This document shows, in pieces, positions 55,079 to 64,000 of a DNA stretch of 64,000 nucleotides (positions are counted from its first letter, which is position 1; the number at the start of each line of letters is the position of its first letter). The DNA is taken from NCBI GenBank assembly GCA_013816805.1, contig JACDDS010000004.1:38051-102050 (forward strand), written 5' to 3'. The position numbers and the translations under genes are program-made. This DNA is from Chitinophagales bacterium. Lineage in GTDB: Bacteria; Bacteroidota; Bacteroidia; Chitinophagales; UBA10324. Under the pieces are notes generated by a model. The model made no database searches and was not told the DNA's origin. It worked only from the letters and a program-made list of their open reading frames with translations.

Positions 55079-58000
55079 TTAGATACCTGCAATCAAAATC
55101 TTGCTGAATCCATTACTGCCTTTTTCCAATTGTATTTGGGTTTCTATTCTTTCTTTTAAGGATTCAATATGAGATATAATTCCTATCGTTTTATTACTTT
55201 CTATTTGCAACTGTTCAAGCGTGGAAATAGCAAGGTCGAGTGATTCAGGATCGAGGCTGCCGAACCCTTCATCGATATAAAGACTTTCGATCTTCACATT
55301 TCTTGAAGCCAGATCTGATAAAGCCAGGGCCAGGGCTAAGCTAACTATGAAAGTTTCGCCACCGGAAAGCGTCTTTACGGACCTTCTTTCCTCACCCAGG
55401 TAGGTGTCTATAATTGTTAGGTCATCATCTTCTTCACTCCGGGGAATATCCAGTAAATACCTGTCGTTAAGCTTTTTTAAGCGTTCGTTGGCCAGGATAA
55501 TTAATTTTTTTAATGTTAGGCCCTGTGCAAAAGTGCTGAAATTTTTTCCGGTAGCGTCGCCAATATGTTTACAGAGAAGCTCCCACTTAAGGTTTGCCTG
55601 CCTCGTTTCATCAACTTGTTCCTTTAGTTTAATGATCCTGTTTTTTCTCGTTACGTTTTGAATTTTTTCAGCCCGGTATTCCAACAGGTTTTGTTTAGCA
55701 TGATTAAGTGTTTGTATCATCTCAGCAAGCTCCTCTGATAACTGTTCTTTTGTTTTTGTTGAGTCATCATTTGGAAGAAGCTGCTTTTTTCTTTCATTCG
55801 CATTTTCAATAAGCGCCTGCACCCTTTTAAGGTTTCCATCAAAAGATGATAGTTGATATTTCAGGTTATTAAATTCTGCATCAGGAAGAATATCTTTGAA
55901 TGACGATAGAATATCACTATAGCCAAAAGACGAAAGTGTGGGTTTCAGGATATTTTCACTCTTCAGCTGTTGCCTATTCAATTGATCCATTTGCGTTTTG
56001 TATGAATTTATTTTTCCTTCGCTTGTTTGAATTTCATCGTTTAACTTATTAAGCGGGCTGCTTAATGTATCGCAATCTCCGCGTATGTTGGTTCCTGTGT
56101 AACGTGATTCTACTTCTTTCTTTGCTTTCGCATATTCATTAAGACGTTGAGTGTATACATCAACCTCTTTTTTAAATTCATGCAAATCATTTTTTGTTAA
56201 AATCAATTTTTCTAATTCAGCAACAGATTTTATTTCATTCTCAATTTTGGCTATCGAAGCTTCCAGCGTATGCACATTACCCACTTTTTCTATGGCAAGC
56301 TGCTTTTTACGCACTGCAATTTTATTCTGCTGACTCACCATTTCATTCTCAATTACCATTTTTTCTTTTTGCAGCGCCTGCAATCTTCCGGAATTGACAC
56401 TAATTTCACTTTGTAAGTCTTGTATTTCATTTTCATACCTGTTTCTCTCATTCTCTAAATCCTGCAGCTCCTTTGTAAGCTCAGAATTGTTATTAAAATA
56501 CTCATGGATATATGGATGATGAGGCGAGCCACATAAAGGGCAAGGTTCTCCCTGCTTCAAATGTTGCCTCTCTTCTTCAAGATTTTTTTCTCTTAATTTT
56601 TTTTCACGCTTATCTCTTACCTCTGTAATTTTTGAGCTGACCTTATTTTTTCGTTCTATAATTTTTTCAAGTTGAGGCTCTTGTTTTTTAATCAGCTCCG
56701 CAGTTTCGAGTATTGCATTTTCGTTTTCCTTTTGTTTTTCACGGTTTTCAGTAAAATTCTCTACCTGAAATTTTAAATCCTCTGTTGCTCTCAATTTTTC
56801 TCTCAGCAACTCAATGTGGCTGCTTAATTTTTCAGGGTTTATTCTATTTTGTTTTATTAATATATCAACGTTGGCTGAAACTGCAGAAAGCTCGTTACAG
56901 ACTTTCGAATTTAACTCGCTAATCCTTTCCCCACTTTCATAATTTTTATATTGAACAAGCGCCGGCTTCTTAAGATGGCTTACAATTTTTAATTTTTGTT
57001 CGTTTAATGCCTTTTCAACAGCAATTTTTTTTGTGACATGATATATTACTTGGTCACGATAATCGGTCAAAGCTTTAATTGCATTTTGTGCTTCAACTTT
57101 CGAATTAATAAGCTTGCTTATAGAATTTAAGGTTTTACTTACTTCATCTTTTTTATTCTTTAATTGCGTCTCCTCGTTTTTAATCTCTTCATTAAATTTT
57201 TTTATTGAATCATTGCCGGAGATATAATTTCTTATTTCATTAAGATAAGGCAACAGCTGCTCATGCCTGCTGATACGTTGCGCATGCTGCTGCCTGAAGA
57301 TTTCGAGATTGCCCGTTATTTGCTTTTCTTCATTGTTGTAATTCTTTATTTCCTCTTCTATCTGCTCAACATTTATTTTTACTTCGATTGCTTTTTTAAT
57401 CTTAGAGTGGCACGTCTCTTTGTTATTGATTTCATCATTTATTGTATGAATTAAATTTTCTAACTTATCTTCCCTTTCCTGGGTTAGCAGCTGGCCTTCT
57501 TCCGATTCTATAATGTCAACTTTTGTTTTAATCCCTTCATTTTTTTCTTTAGACTTTTCAAAGGCTCTTTTCCCAATCTCCCTGTAAATACTCATTCCTG
57601 TAATATCTTCCAGAAGTTTACCACGTTCATTTTTATCCGATTTCAAAAATTTTGCAAACTCCCCCTGCGATAACAGTATTGACTTTATAAACTGGTCATA
57701 GTTAAGGCCAATCAGTTCTGCATTCTTGATGGGTACTTCCTTATTACCTGAAACAATTATTTCACTCGTTACCGCATTAACGAGCTCCATGTCATTTGCG
57801 CGAAGACCACCTCTTTTATTTTTTGCTACAGACCACTTCGAGCGGTAAGATCCTTTTTTGCAGCTATAGTCTACCTCTACAAAACAATCTGTTTCATTTC
57901 TTGTAAGTATAGAGCCTGCTTTTTCAATGAAATTTTTAGAAATAATATTTGATTCAAAGCGCGGTATTTTGTTGAATAGCGCCAGTGTAATTGCATCAAG

Positions 58001-58138
58001 AATGGTGGATTTGCCGGAGCCGGTTGGGCCTGTAATAGCAAACAAGCCTGCTTCTGAAAGGGGAGGTGCTTGAAAATTGATTTCCCACTCGCACCTCAGG
58101 CAGTTAATATTTTTAATCTTAATTTTTAAGATCTTCAT
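55079..58138 (-). CDS. sbcC: exonuclease SbcC (SMC-like ATPase)
   Basis: 1019 aa with Walker A GPTGSGKST. A very long coiled coil has a central zinc hook CPLCGSPHHP. The C-terminus carries the signature and Walker B motifs LSGGETFIVSLALALAL...LYIDEGFGSLD. Confidence 0.85.
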   Translation of the reverse strand: MKILKIKIKNINCLRCEWEINFQAPPLSEAGLFAITGPTGSGKSTILDAITLALFNKIPRFESNIISKNFIEKAGSILTRNETDCFVEVDYSCKKGSYRSKWSVAKNKRGGLRANDMELVNAVTSEIIVSGNKEVPIKNAELIGLNYDQFIKSILLSQGEFAKFLKSDKNERGKLLEDITGMSIYREIGKRAFEKSKEKNEGIKTKVDIIESEEGQLLTQEREDKLENLIHTINDEINNKETCHSKIKKAIEVKINVEQIEEEIKNYNNEEKQITGNLEIFRQQHAQRISRHEQLLPYLNEIRNYISGNDSIKKFNEEIKNEETQLKNKKDEVSKTLNSISKLINSKVEAQNAIKALTDYRDQVIYHVTKKIAVEKALNEQKLKIVSHLKKPALVQYKNYESGERISELNSKVCNELSAVSANVDILIKQNRINPEKLSSHIELLREKLRATEDLKFQVENFTENREKQKENENAILETAELIKKQEPQLEKIIERKNKVSSKITEVRDKREKKLREKNLEEERQHLKQGEPCPLCGSPHHPYIHEYFNNNSELTKELQDLENERNRYENEIQDLQSEISVNSGRLQALQKEKMVIENEMVSQQNKIAVRKKQLAIEKVGNVHTLEASIAKIENEIKSVAELEKLILTKNDLHEFKKEVDVYTQRLNEYAKAKKEVESRYTGTNIRGDCDTLSSPLNKLNDEIQTSEGKINSYKTQMDQLNRQQLKSENILKPTLSSFGYSDILSSFKDILPDAEFNNLKYQLSSFDGNLKRVQALIENANERKKQLLPNDDSTKTKEQLSEELAEMIQTLNHAKQNLLEYRAEKIQNVTRKNRIIKLKEQVDETRQANLKWELLCKHIGDATGKNFSTFAQGLTLKKLIILANERLKKLNDRYLLDIPRSEEDDDLTIIDTYLGEERRSVKTLSGGETFIVSLALALALSDLASRNVKIESLYIDEGFGSLDPESLDLAISTLEQLQIESNKTIGIISHIESLKERIETQIQLEKGSNGFSKILIAGI

Positions 58139-58141
58139 TTC

Positions 58142-59362
58142 CTATACTGCCTCATTTATCTCATTATATAGCTCGTCGAAAGCTTCACTTATTAATTCCT
58201 TTTGCTTCTCATTTACATTTTCAGCTTCCAGTTTTTTTAATAAAACTTCCCGCGGAGTCAGGTCTTCTATATTTTTATCTTCTGCATGGAATTTTTCTGT
58301 TTCAGATAGTTTATTTAAGAACTTCACCTTATAGGTTAAAATCTGTACTTCATCACTTTGAAATTCAGTAATAAATTTATGAATGTCAACCGTGAGCAAC
58401 GGGCTGCTGCTCTGCTCAATAATCTCTAATTCTGCAAAGCATTTCAATCGTTTGGAATTTTTAAAGTTTTTTAACTGCGACTGTACCTCGTTAAAAGTTC
58501 CTGTGAATCTTTTAAGTGTTCTTGCCGACGGTATTTCATGAACCGATACCTGCCGGATGCAATCATTGAATACTTCTAATTCCAAAATAATTTTTTTATC
58601 GTGTTTTTCACTAAAGCTCAATGGAATAGGAGAGCCGGAGTACCTTATATTTTCACTGTTGCCTACCTTTTGCGGTTTGTGAATATGGCCTAAAGCAATG
58701 TATTTACAATTTTTAGGGAAATCATTCGAACTAAACATTTCTGCACCGCCTCTTTGAATATCTCGTTCGCTGTCTGAAGTAGCAACGCCTGACGTAAATA
58801 AGTGCCCCATCAATATAACAGGAATTTTTTCTCCGTATTTTTCAAAAGCAAAATTTACCAATGTTTCAAAATAATTTTTCATTCCTAAAAATTTCTGCTC
58901 GACCCGGCTTTTATAAGTTTCGCCTTCCATTGCCAATCTAATATCTGAATCACGCAAATAGGGTACAGCGCAAACAACGCATTCAATTTCTCCATTCTTA
59001 TTTTTCAGTTCAATAATACTGTCTTCCTTTGTTTCTGGAATGCTCGCCACAATATTTACATTTAACATTGCCAGGATAGCTTTGGGACCATTTAAAACGG
59101 CTGGTGAATCATGATTGCCCCCGGTGATAATTACTTTACAATTAACGTGAATAAGCTTCTCCAGAAACAAATAATAAAGATGCCTGGCCTCTGAAGCAGG
59201 GTTAGCCTGGTCGAAGATGTCGCCTGAAATTAAAAGCACTTCAATCCCTATTTCCTTAATGAGATTTATTAACCATTCAAAGAAAATTTTATGGTCTACG
59301 GAAAGATCTGCTTTATGAAGTTTAATTCCCAAATGCCAATCGGCTGTATGTAATATTTTCAC
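58142..59362 (-). CDS. sbcD: exonuclease SbcD (Mre11-type phosphoesterase)
   Basis: 406 aa with MKILHTADWHLG, LISGDIFD, GGNHDS and LGHIH. Confidence 0.9.
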   Translation of the reverse strand: MKILHTADWHLGIKLHKADLSVDHKIFFEWLINLIKEIGIEVLLISGDIFDQANPASEARHLYYLFLEKLIHVNCKVIITGGNHDSPAVLNGPKAILAMLNVNIVASIPETKEDSIIELKNKNGEIECVVCAVPYLRDSDIRLAMEGETYKSRVEQKFLGMKNYFETLVNFAFEKYGEKIPVILMGHLFTSGVATSDSERDIQRGGAEMFSSNDFPKNCKYIALGHIHKPQKVGNSENIRYSGSPIPLSFSEKHDKKIILELEVFNDCIRQVSVHEIPSARTLKRFTGTFNEVQSQLKNFKNSKRLKCFAELEIIEQSSSPLLTVDIHKFITEFQSDEVQILTYKVKFLNKLSETEKFHAEDKNIEDLTPREVLLKKLEAENVNEKQKELISEAFDELYNEINEAV

Positions 59363-59660
59363 CCTGCAAAAATATTTAAGTTAAAGTAAGTACTTCAACC
59401 AGATGAATAATAATCCTGCTTACATTTTATGATTGAAATAGGAATGCTAGTCCGGCTTGACCTAAAGGAAGAATAAATTAAATAATCATTTGCCAGTATC
59501 TCAAAATGCGGATGCTCTTATAAATAAAGTATTGCGCTACAAGTATTACTTGATTGACCCTGAACAAAATGAGCGTCAAATCATAAAATTTTCCTGGAGT
59601 TATAACAGGTAAAACTGATAAAGCTTGGTTCCCGCGGCTTCTAAGAAAGCGTTAATATGC

Positions 59661-60038
59661 TTAATTAAATTTCTCTGAGATATATTCAATCAATTTTTCA
59701 TCACTCATTTTATTTGAAGTACTTTCCTTCGAAATAACATTTTTAAACTGTGGTGTTTCCGAAAGAAAATGCTTAAACTGTTCCTGTGCCGTACCTGTGC
59801 CTGTAACATGCACTTCTTCTGCATTTTGCATATGGGAACTAATCTCTTTAAAAAATTTGTGCAGTAAGGTATGCTCCAAATTGTTTGCAGTATTTTCATT
59901 GGAGTTACTGCCGGCGCCATCATTTTTAGCATGGCCCAATACTATAAAGTTCCCGGTTTCAATATGCTCTCGGCCTACTACCGTAGCATGATGTGAGTCC
60001 ATCCAAACTCCGAATTGTTTTTTATTTTTTTCAGACAT
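59661..60038 (-). CDS. hypothetical protein
   Basis: A 125-aa ORF with coding-like composition and no overlapping competitor of comparable quality. I recognise no domain. Confidence 0.45.
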   Translation of the reverse strand: MSEKNKKQFGVWMDSHHATVVGREHIETGNFIVLGHAKNDGAGSNSNENTANNLEHTLLHKFFKEISSHMQNAEEVHVTGTGTAQEQFKHFLSETPQFKNVISKESTSNKMSDEKLIEYISEKFN

Positions 60039-60220
60039 CGTGTTTTTGGTTCGAGGTTAAAAAGTTATAAGTTGAAAGGTATCTATAAATTATAAGAACA
60101 ATTGCTAAAGATCTGCAAGATGACTTGTTATAAAGAAAGGAGCATGTACCGAAACAATTGAAAGCACACCTGCTGAAACATATATTTGCCAGTCAGATTA
60201 GATTCCAGATATCGGAATAC

Positions 60221-62359
60221 TTAATCTTCCGGCAGCCCCAAATCTTTTTCCATCGCCTTAATATCTGGTGCGTGGCCTCGGAAATTCCGGAACATGGTAT
60301 TGTAGTCTTCCGTATTTCCACGTGACAAAATGAGGTCGCGGAAACGCTGCCCATTTGCCCTCGTTAACCCACCATTTTCTTCGAACCACGAATAAGCATC
60401 TTCTTCCAGCATCTTCGTCCACTGGTAAGCATAGTATCCTGCAGCATAGCCATTACTCCAGATATGCAGGAAGTAACTAGAACGATAGCGCGGAGGAACT
60501 TGTGGAAGATCTAATCCCGTAACATGAAGTGCAGTTTTTTCAAATGCATCGGCATCCTTTACTTCATCATTGGCACCGAGCTTATGCCATTGCATATCGA
60601 GTGAGGCTGCGGCAATGGCTTCTGTGAGCTTATAACCTTCGTTAAAAGAAGATGCTTTTTTTATCTTATCAACAAGGCTCTGAGGTATTGCTTCACCTGT
60701 TTTATAATTAACTGCATAATGGTTCAGCACTTTAGGATCCAACGCCCAATGCTCATTAAACTGCGAAGGGAACTCTACGTAATCCCGGGCTACGTTTGTA
60801 CCTGAAAGAGTAGGATATTCCTGGCTCGCAAACATACCGTGCAGCGCATGGCCAAATTCATGGAACATGGTAGTTACATCATCAAAACTGATGAGTGCAG
60901 GTTCCCCTGGCGCAGGCTTCGTAAAATTGCAGATATTGTACACTACAGGTTTCGTACCAAGCAACTTTGACTGACCTACCAGGTTACTCATCCACGCTCC
61001 GCCAGATTTGTTATCACGCTTAAAATAATCGCAGTAAAACAAAGCAAGCGATTTATTGTCCTGGTCGAATACTTCAAACACCCTAACATCAGGCTGATAA
61101 ACCGGCAGATCGTGACGCTCTGTAAATGTTAAGCCATATAATTGGTTCGCTGCATAGAACACTCCGTTTTCCATTACCTTGTATAATTCGAAATACGGTT
61201 TAATCTCTTTATCATCAAGGTTGTATTTTGCTTTACGCACCTGCTCGGAATAATAGGTCCAATCCCAGGGCTGTAATGTGAATCCACCTTTTTGCTGATC
61301 AATCAAGGCCTGGATATCTGAGGCTTCCTGTTTTGCTTTAGCAGTAACGGATGGAACCAGCTTGTTTAAAAATTGATCTACGGCTTCGGGTGTTTGTGCC
61401 ATTTGGTCCTGCAGTTTCCAGGCCGCATAATTGGCAAACCCCATCAGGTTTGCCTTTTCCTCACGGATAGCTGCAATACGTGTAATGACTGCGCGGGTAT
61501 TATTAGAGTCATTTTTTTCTGCACGGTTCCAGGATGCTTCAAATAATTTTTGCCTTGTGGCACGAACGGATAGCGACTGTAATTTTGGTTGTTGGGTAGT
61601 ATTTTGTAAAGGTATCAGCCATCCTGTAAGGTTTCGGGCTTTGGCATTTTGTGCAAACGCATCCAGATCTGATTTAGATAAGCCCGCTAATTCCGATGAA
61701 TCTTTTATTAACAATGCTCCTTCCTTTGCTGCATTTACCAACTGATTTGAAAATTTAGCATTTAATGTTGCTTCTTCCTCATTCAGCTTTTTCATTTTTG
61801 CCTTATCTGTTTCAGAAAGTTTGGCACCAGCAAGCACAAACTCCTGATATTGGTATTCAATGAGTCTCTTTGCCTCAGCGTCCTTAATTGCATTACGAGT
61901 ATTATAAATGGATTCAATACGCTTAAATAATTTTGCATTAAGATAAATGGCGTCCTGGTTGGCAGCCAGCTTAGAAGCAATTTCTTCCTGCAGCTGCTGC
62001 AGGGTATCATTGGTATTTGCGCCTGTAACCAAGCTGAAAATATTATTCACACGGGTCAATAGCTGCCCGCTTCTTTCCATTGCCTCTATAGTATTTTCGA
62101 AAGTCGGAGATGCTGTATTGTCCGCAATCTGATTGATCTCTTTTTGCTGCTCTTTAATTCCTTCTTCCAGTGCAGGCTTAAAATCAGAATCTTTAATTTT
62201 ATCAAAAGCCGGGGCCTGGTAAGGCAGGGTGCTTACTGTTATCAAAGGATTCGTATCAGGAATGTTACTACTGTTCATGGCGGGTATGTTACCGTTATTC
62301 TTTAAGGAAAATAATGATATAAATAATACTGCAAACGGCAACATCACGAATTGTTTCAT
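60221..62359 (-). CDS. dcp: M3-family peptidyl-dipeptidase (Dcp-like) with a signal peptide
   Basis: 712 aa. Contains the zinc motif FHEFGHALH with a downstream E, and shows full-length M3 resemblance. Confidence 0.9.
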   Translation of the reverse strand: MKQFVMLPFAVLFISLFSLKNNGNIPAMNSSNIPDTNPLITVSTLPYQAPAFDKIKDSDFKPALEEGIKEQQKEINQIADNTASPTFENTIEAMERSGQLLTRVNNIFSLVTGANTNDTLQQLQEEIASKLAANQDAIYLNAKLFKRIESIYNTRNAIKDAEAKRLIEYQYQEFVLAGAKLSETDKAKMKKLNEEEATLNAKFSNQLVNAAKEGALLIKDSSELAGLSKSDLDAFAQNAKARNLTGWLIPLQNTTQQPKLQSLSVRATRQKLFEASWNRAEKNDSNNTRAVITRIAAIREEKANLMGFANYAAWKLQDQMAQTPEAVDQFLNKLVPSVTAKAKQEASDIQALIDQQKGGFTLQPWDWTYYSEQVRKAKYNLDDKEIKPYFELYKVMENGVFYAANQLYGLTFTERHDLPVYQPDVRVFEVFDQDNKSLALFYCDYFKRDNKSGGAWMSNLVGQSKLLGTKPVVYNICNFTKPAPGEPALISFDDVTTMFHEFGHALHGMFASQEYPTLSGTNVARDYVEFPSQFNEHWALDPKVLNHYAVNYKTGEAIPQSLVDKIKKASSFNEGYKLTEAIAAASLDMQWHKLGANDEVKDADAFEKTALHVTGLDLPQVPPRYRSSYFLHIWSNGYAAGYYAYQWTKMLEEDAYSWFEENGGLTRANGQRFRDLILSRGNTEDYNTMFRNFRGHAPDIKAMEKDLGLPED

Positions 62360-62660
62360 AGGGCTCTATTTGTTATGGTTGAAAGTTATACAAATCTCCA
62401 GAGATAATTAATTTCTTTTATTCTGGCAGCGGCAATTTTAGGGAATCCTACTAATAAAACACAGTAGACTCTAGACTTAAATGACGCTAGATTTTATAGA
62501 TTGAATATAGCTATTTACCGTAAAGGACGCGATTGAAATTTTAGCTTTTGAATTTTTATTTCCGGCAAGATGCTATAACAAAAAACTACATAAGGTAAAT
62601 GTGAATTCTGATCAGTAAGGCTTTAAAACATTATACATTCACGGATTATAAATTAAAATT

Positions 62661-63458
62661 GTGCATGCTAAAACAATACAGCTGAGGACAGTAGATGTAA
62701 TCCGGTATGTTACACCATTGCGCGAAGGTGGTTCTTTGCCGGCCATTGCAGATGCAGATGATGGGTTTATGTATGTAATCAAGTTTCGCGGAGCAGGGCA
62801 GGGTGCAAAAATGCTTATAGCAGAATTGATTGCAGGAGAAATTGGGCGGGCGCTTGGATTAAAGGTTCCTGAAATTGTGTTTGCAAACCTGGACCCTGCA
62901 TTCGGTCGCTCAGAGCCTGATGAGGAAATTCAGGATCTGTTGAAAGCCAGCACTGGCTTAAACCTTGCGCTTCACTTTCTTGCCGGTTCCATAACGTATG
63001 ACCCGGTAACAACAACCATCGATGAAAATCCTGCATCTCAAATTGTATGGTTCGATTGCTTTGTGACGAACGTAGATAGAACAGTGCGCAATACTAATAT
63101 GCTGATTTGGAATAAGGAATTATGGCTCATTGACCATGGAGCATCATTGTATTTTCAACATTCCTGGGACCGGTTTGAAGAACAGGCACAAAAACCCTTT
63201 GTGCAGGTAAAAGACCATGTACTGTTACCGCATGCAACTGAATTGGATAAAGTTGATAAAGCATTCCGAAAAATCCTTACTGCAGAACTTCTTGAATCCA
63301 TCGTTTCTTTAATTCCTGATGAATGGCTGCATAATGGTTCGTCGGAACAATCGGCAGATGAAAAGAGACAGGTGTATCTTCACTTCCTGAAAACAAGGTT
63401 GGAAGCGTCAGAAATTTTTATCAATGAAGCCAGGCATGCAAGAGAAACACTTATATGA
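62661..63458 (+). CDS. HipA-like family kinase (uncharacterised subgroup)
   Basis: 265 aa, GTG start. Contains a Gly-rich loop KFRGAGQGAK, a catalytic-loop-like TNVDRTVRNTNML, and LIDHGASL. Confidence 0.65.
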   Translation: MHAKTIQLRTVDVIRYVTPLREGGSLPAIADADDGFMYVIKFRGAGQGAKMLIAELIAGEIGRALGLKVPEIVFANLDPAFGRSEPDEEIQDLLKASTGLNLALHFLAGSITYDPVTTTIDENPASQIVWFDCFVTNVDRTVRNTNMLIWNKELWLIDHGASLYFQHSWDRFEEQAQKPFVQVKDHVLLPHATELDKVDKAFRKILTAELLESIVSLIPDEWLHNGSSEQSADEKRQVYLHFLKTRLEASEIFINEARHARETLI

Positions 63459-63819
63459 ATATGCGATAATCCGGCTTGTGCCGCGCGTTGAGCGGGAGGA
63501 GTTCCTCAATGTGGGAGTAATCCTGTATTGTGCTGATCAAAATTATTTAAAAACAAAATTTGAATTGCGGCATGATAAGTTTCGAGTCGTTTCTGATGGT
63601 CTGGATATCGAAGAACTTACGGCTCGTTTGTGTTCCTTTCAACAGATTTGTTCGGGAATGGAACAAGGAGGATCCATCGCTAAGCTTCCGATTGCTGAAC
63701 GTTTTCGATGGCTCACTGCAGCTCGAAGCACTATGATACAATTGTCTCCCGTACATCCCGGCCTCTGCGAAGATGCTGAGGAAACGCTTGATAAATTATA
63801 TCTGTCGCTTGTTCAGTAA
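63424..63819 (+). CDS. DUF3037-like protein
   Basis: 131 aa (or 127 aa from the second Met at 63436). The opening YEYAIIRLVPRVEREEFLNVGVILYC is what I recall for DUF3037. It overlaps the kinase gene by 23-35 nt. Confidence 0.6.
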   Translation: MKPGMQEKHLYEYAIIRLVPRVEREEFLNVGVILYCADQNYLKTKFELRHDKFRVVSDGLDIEELTARLCSFQQICSGMEQGGSIAKLPIAERFRWLTAARSTMIQLSPVHPGLCEDAEETLDKLYLSLVQ

Positions 63820-64000
63820 CATTTATTTGCACTCCGCTTAATTATCTCACAATGGAATGGGATATAATTTCATTTCAATTTTTAAGCTGAAAGAAAAGAA
63901 AGTATTCATCTCTTTTTCTTCCCTCCTAATAGGCTAATTCACATCATTGGTGGTTTTTCCTAACTCTCCGTGGCGGATGGCTTTACATTTAAACATTAGT

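Noticed and set aside
55079-59362. The SbcC/SbcD pair as a possible SMC-type defence system (Lamassu- or Wadjet-like).
   Set aside because: The architecture and motifs are those of canonical SbcCD: an Mre11-type phosphoesterase and a Rad50-like ATPase with a CxxC zinc hook. There are no extra effector genes, and the flanking genes are housekeeping.

Overview
AT-rich chromosomal segment from a member of the Bacteroidota. The assignment rests on seven intact type-A T9SS C-terminal sorting domains plus two decayed ones, TAnnTTTG-type -7 boxes, and the gene content. Housekeeping genes make up much of the window: a pheA / DAHP synthase-chorismate mutase / aroB / aroA operon, tsaC, tRNA-Arg(TCT), a cold-shock gene, lepA, folD, queE, kdsA, kdsB, sbcDC and dcp. 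They are interleaved with accessory surface and secretion genes. The most unusual locus sits at the window centre (26.3-39.9 kb, minus strand). Three sensor histidine kinases, two with beta-propeller/Y_Y_Y inputs and one with a TPR input, carry an almost identical ~600-nt transmitter module whose similarity pattern is mosaic. They are followed by a single REC-LuxR response regulator and two tandem paralogous BNR/Asp-box T9SS proteins. The block abuts a truncated Kelch-like gene stump on one side and an 855-bp ORF-free spacer on the other. Other points of interest: (1) a HUH/Y1 (RAYT / IS200-like) transposase gene butted against a truncated T9SS gene, inside a 2.7-kb segment bounded by an imperfect direct repeat between folD and queE; (2) a tail-fibre-like T9SS protein whose S74 autoprocessing chaperone domain lies upstream of its T9SS tail; (3) an overlapping HipA-like kinase + DUF3037 gene pair; (4) a 1445-aa adhesin-like protein with five 198-nt Cys-rich repeats. 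Three genes are broken by single-base length changes, two of them in short homopolymer runs, so assembly error is a real alternative to pseudogenisation. No CRISPR array, rRNA, prophage or recognised defence system was seen. All calls come from reading the translations and the sequence by eye; no database search was run.
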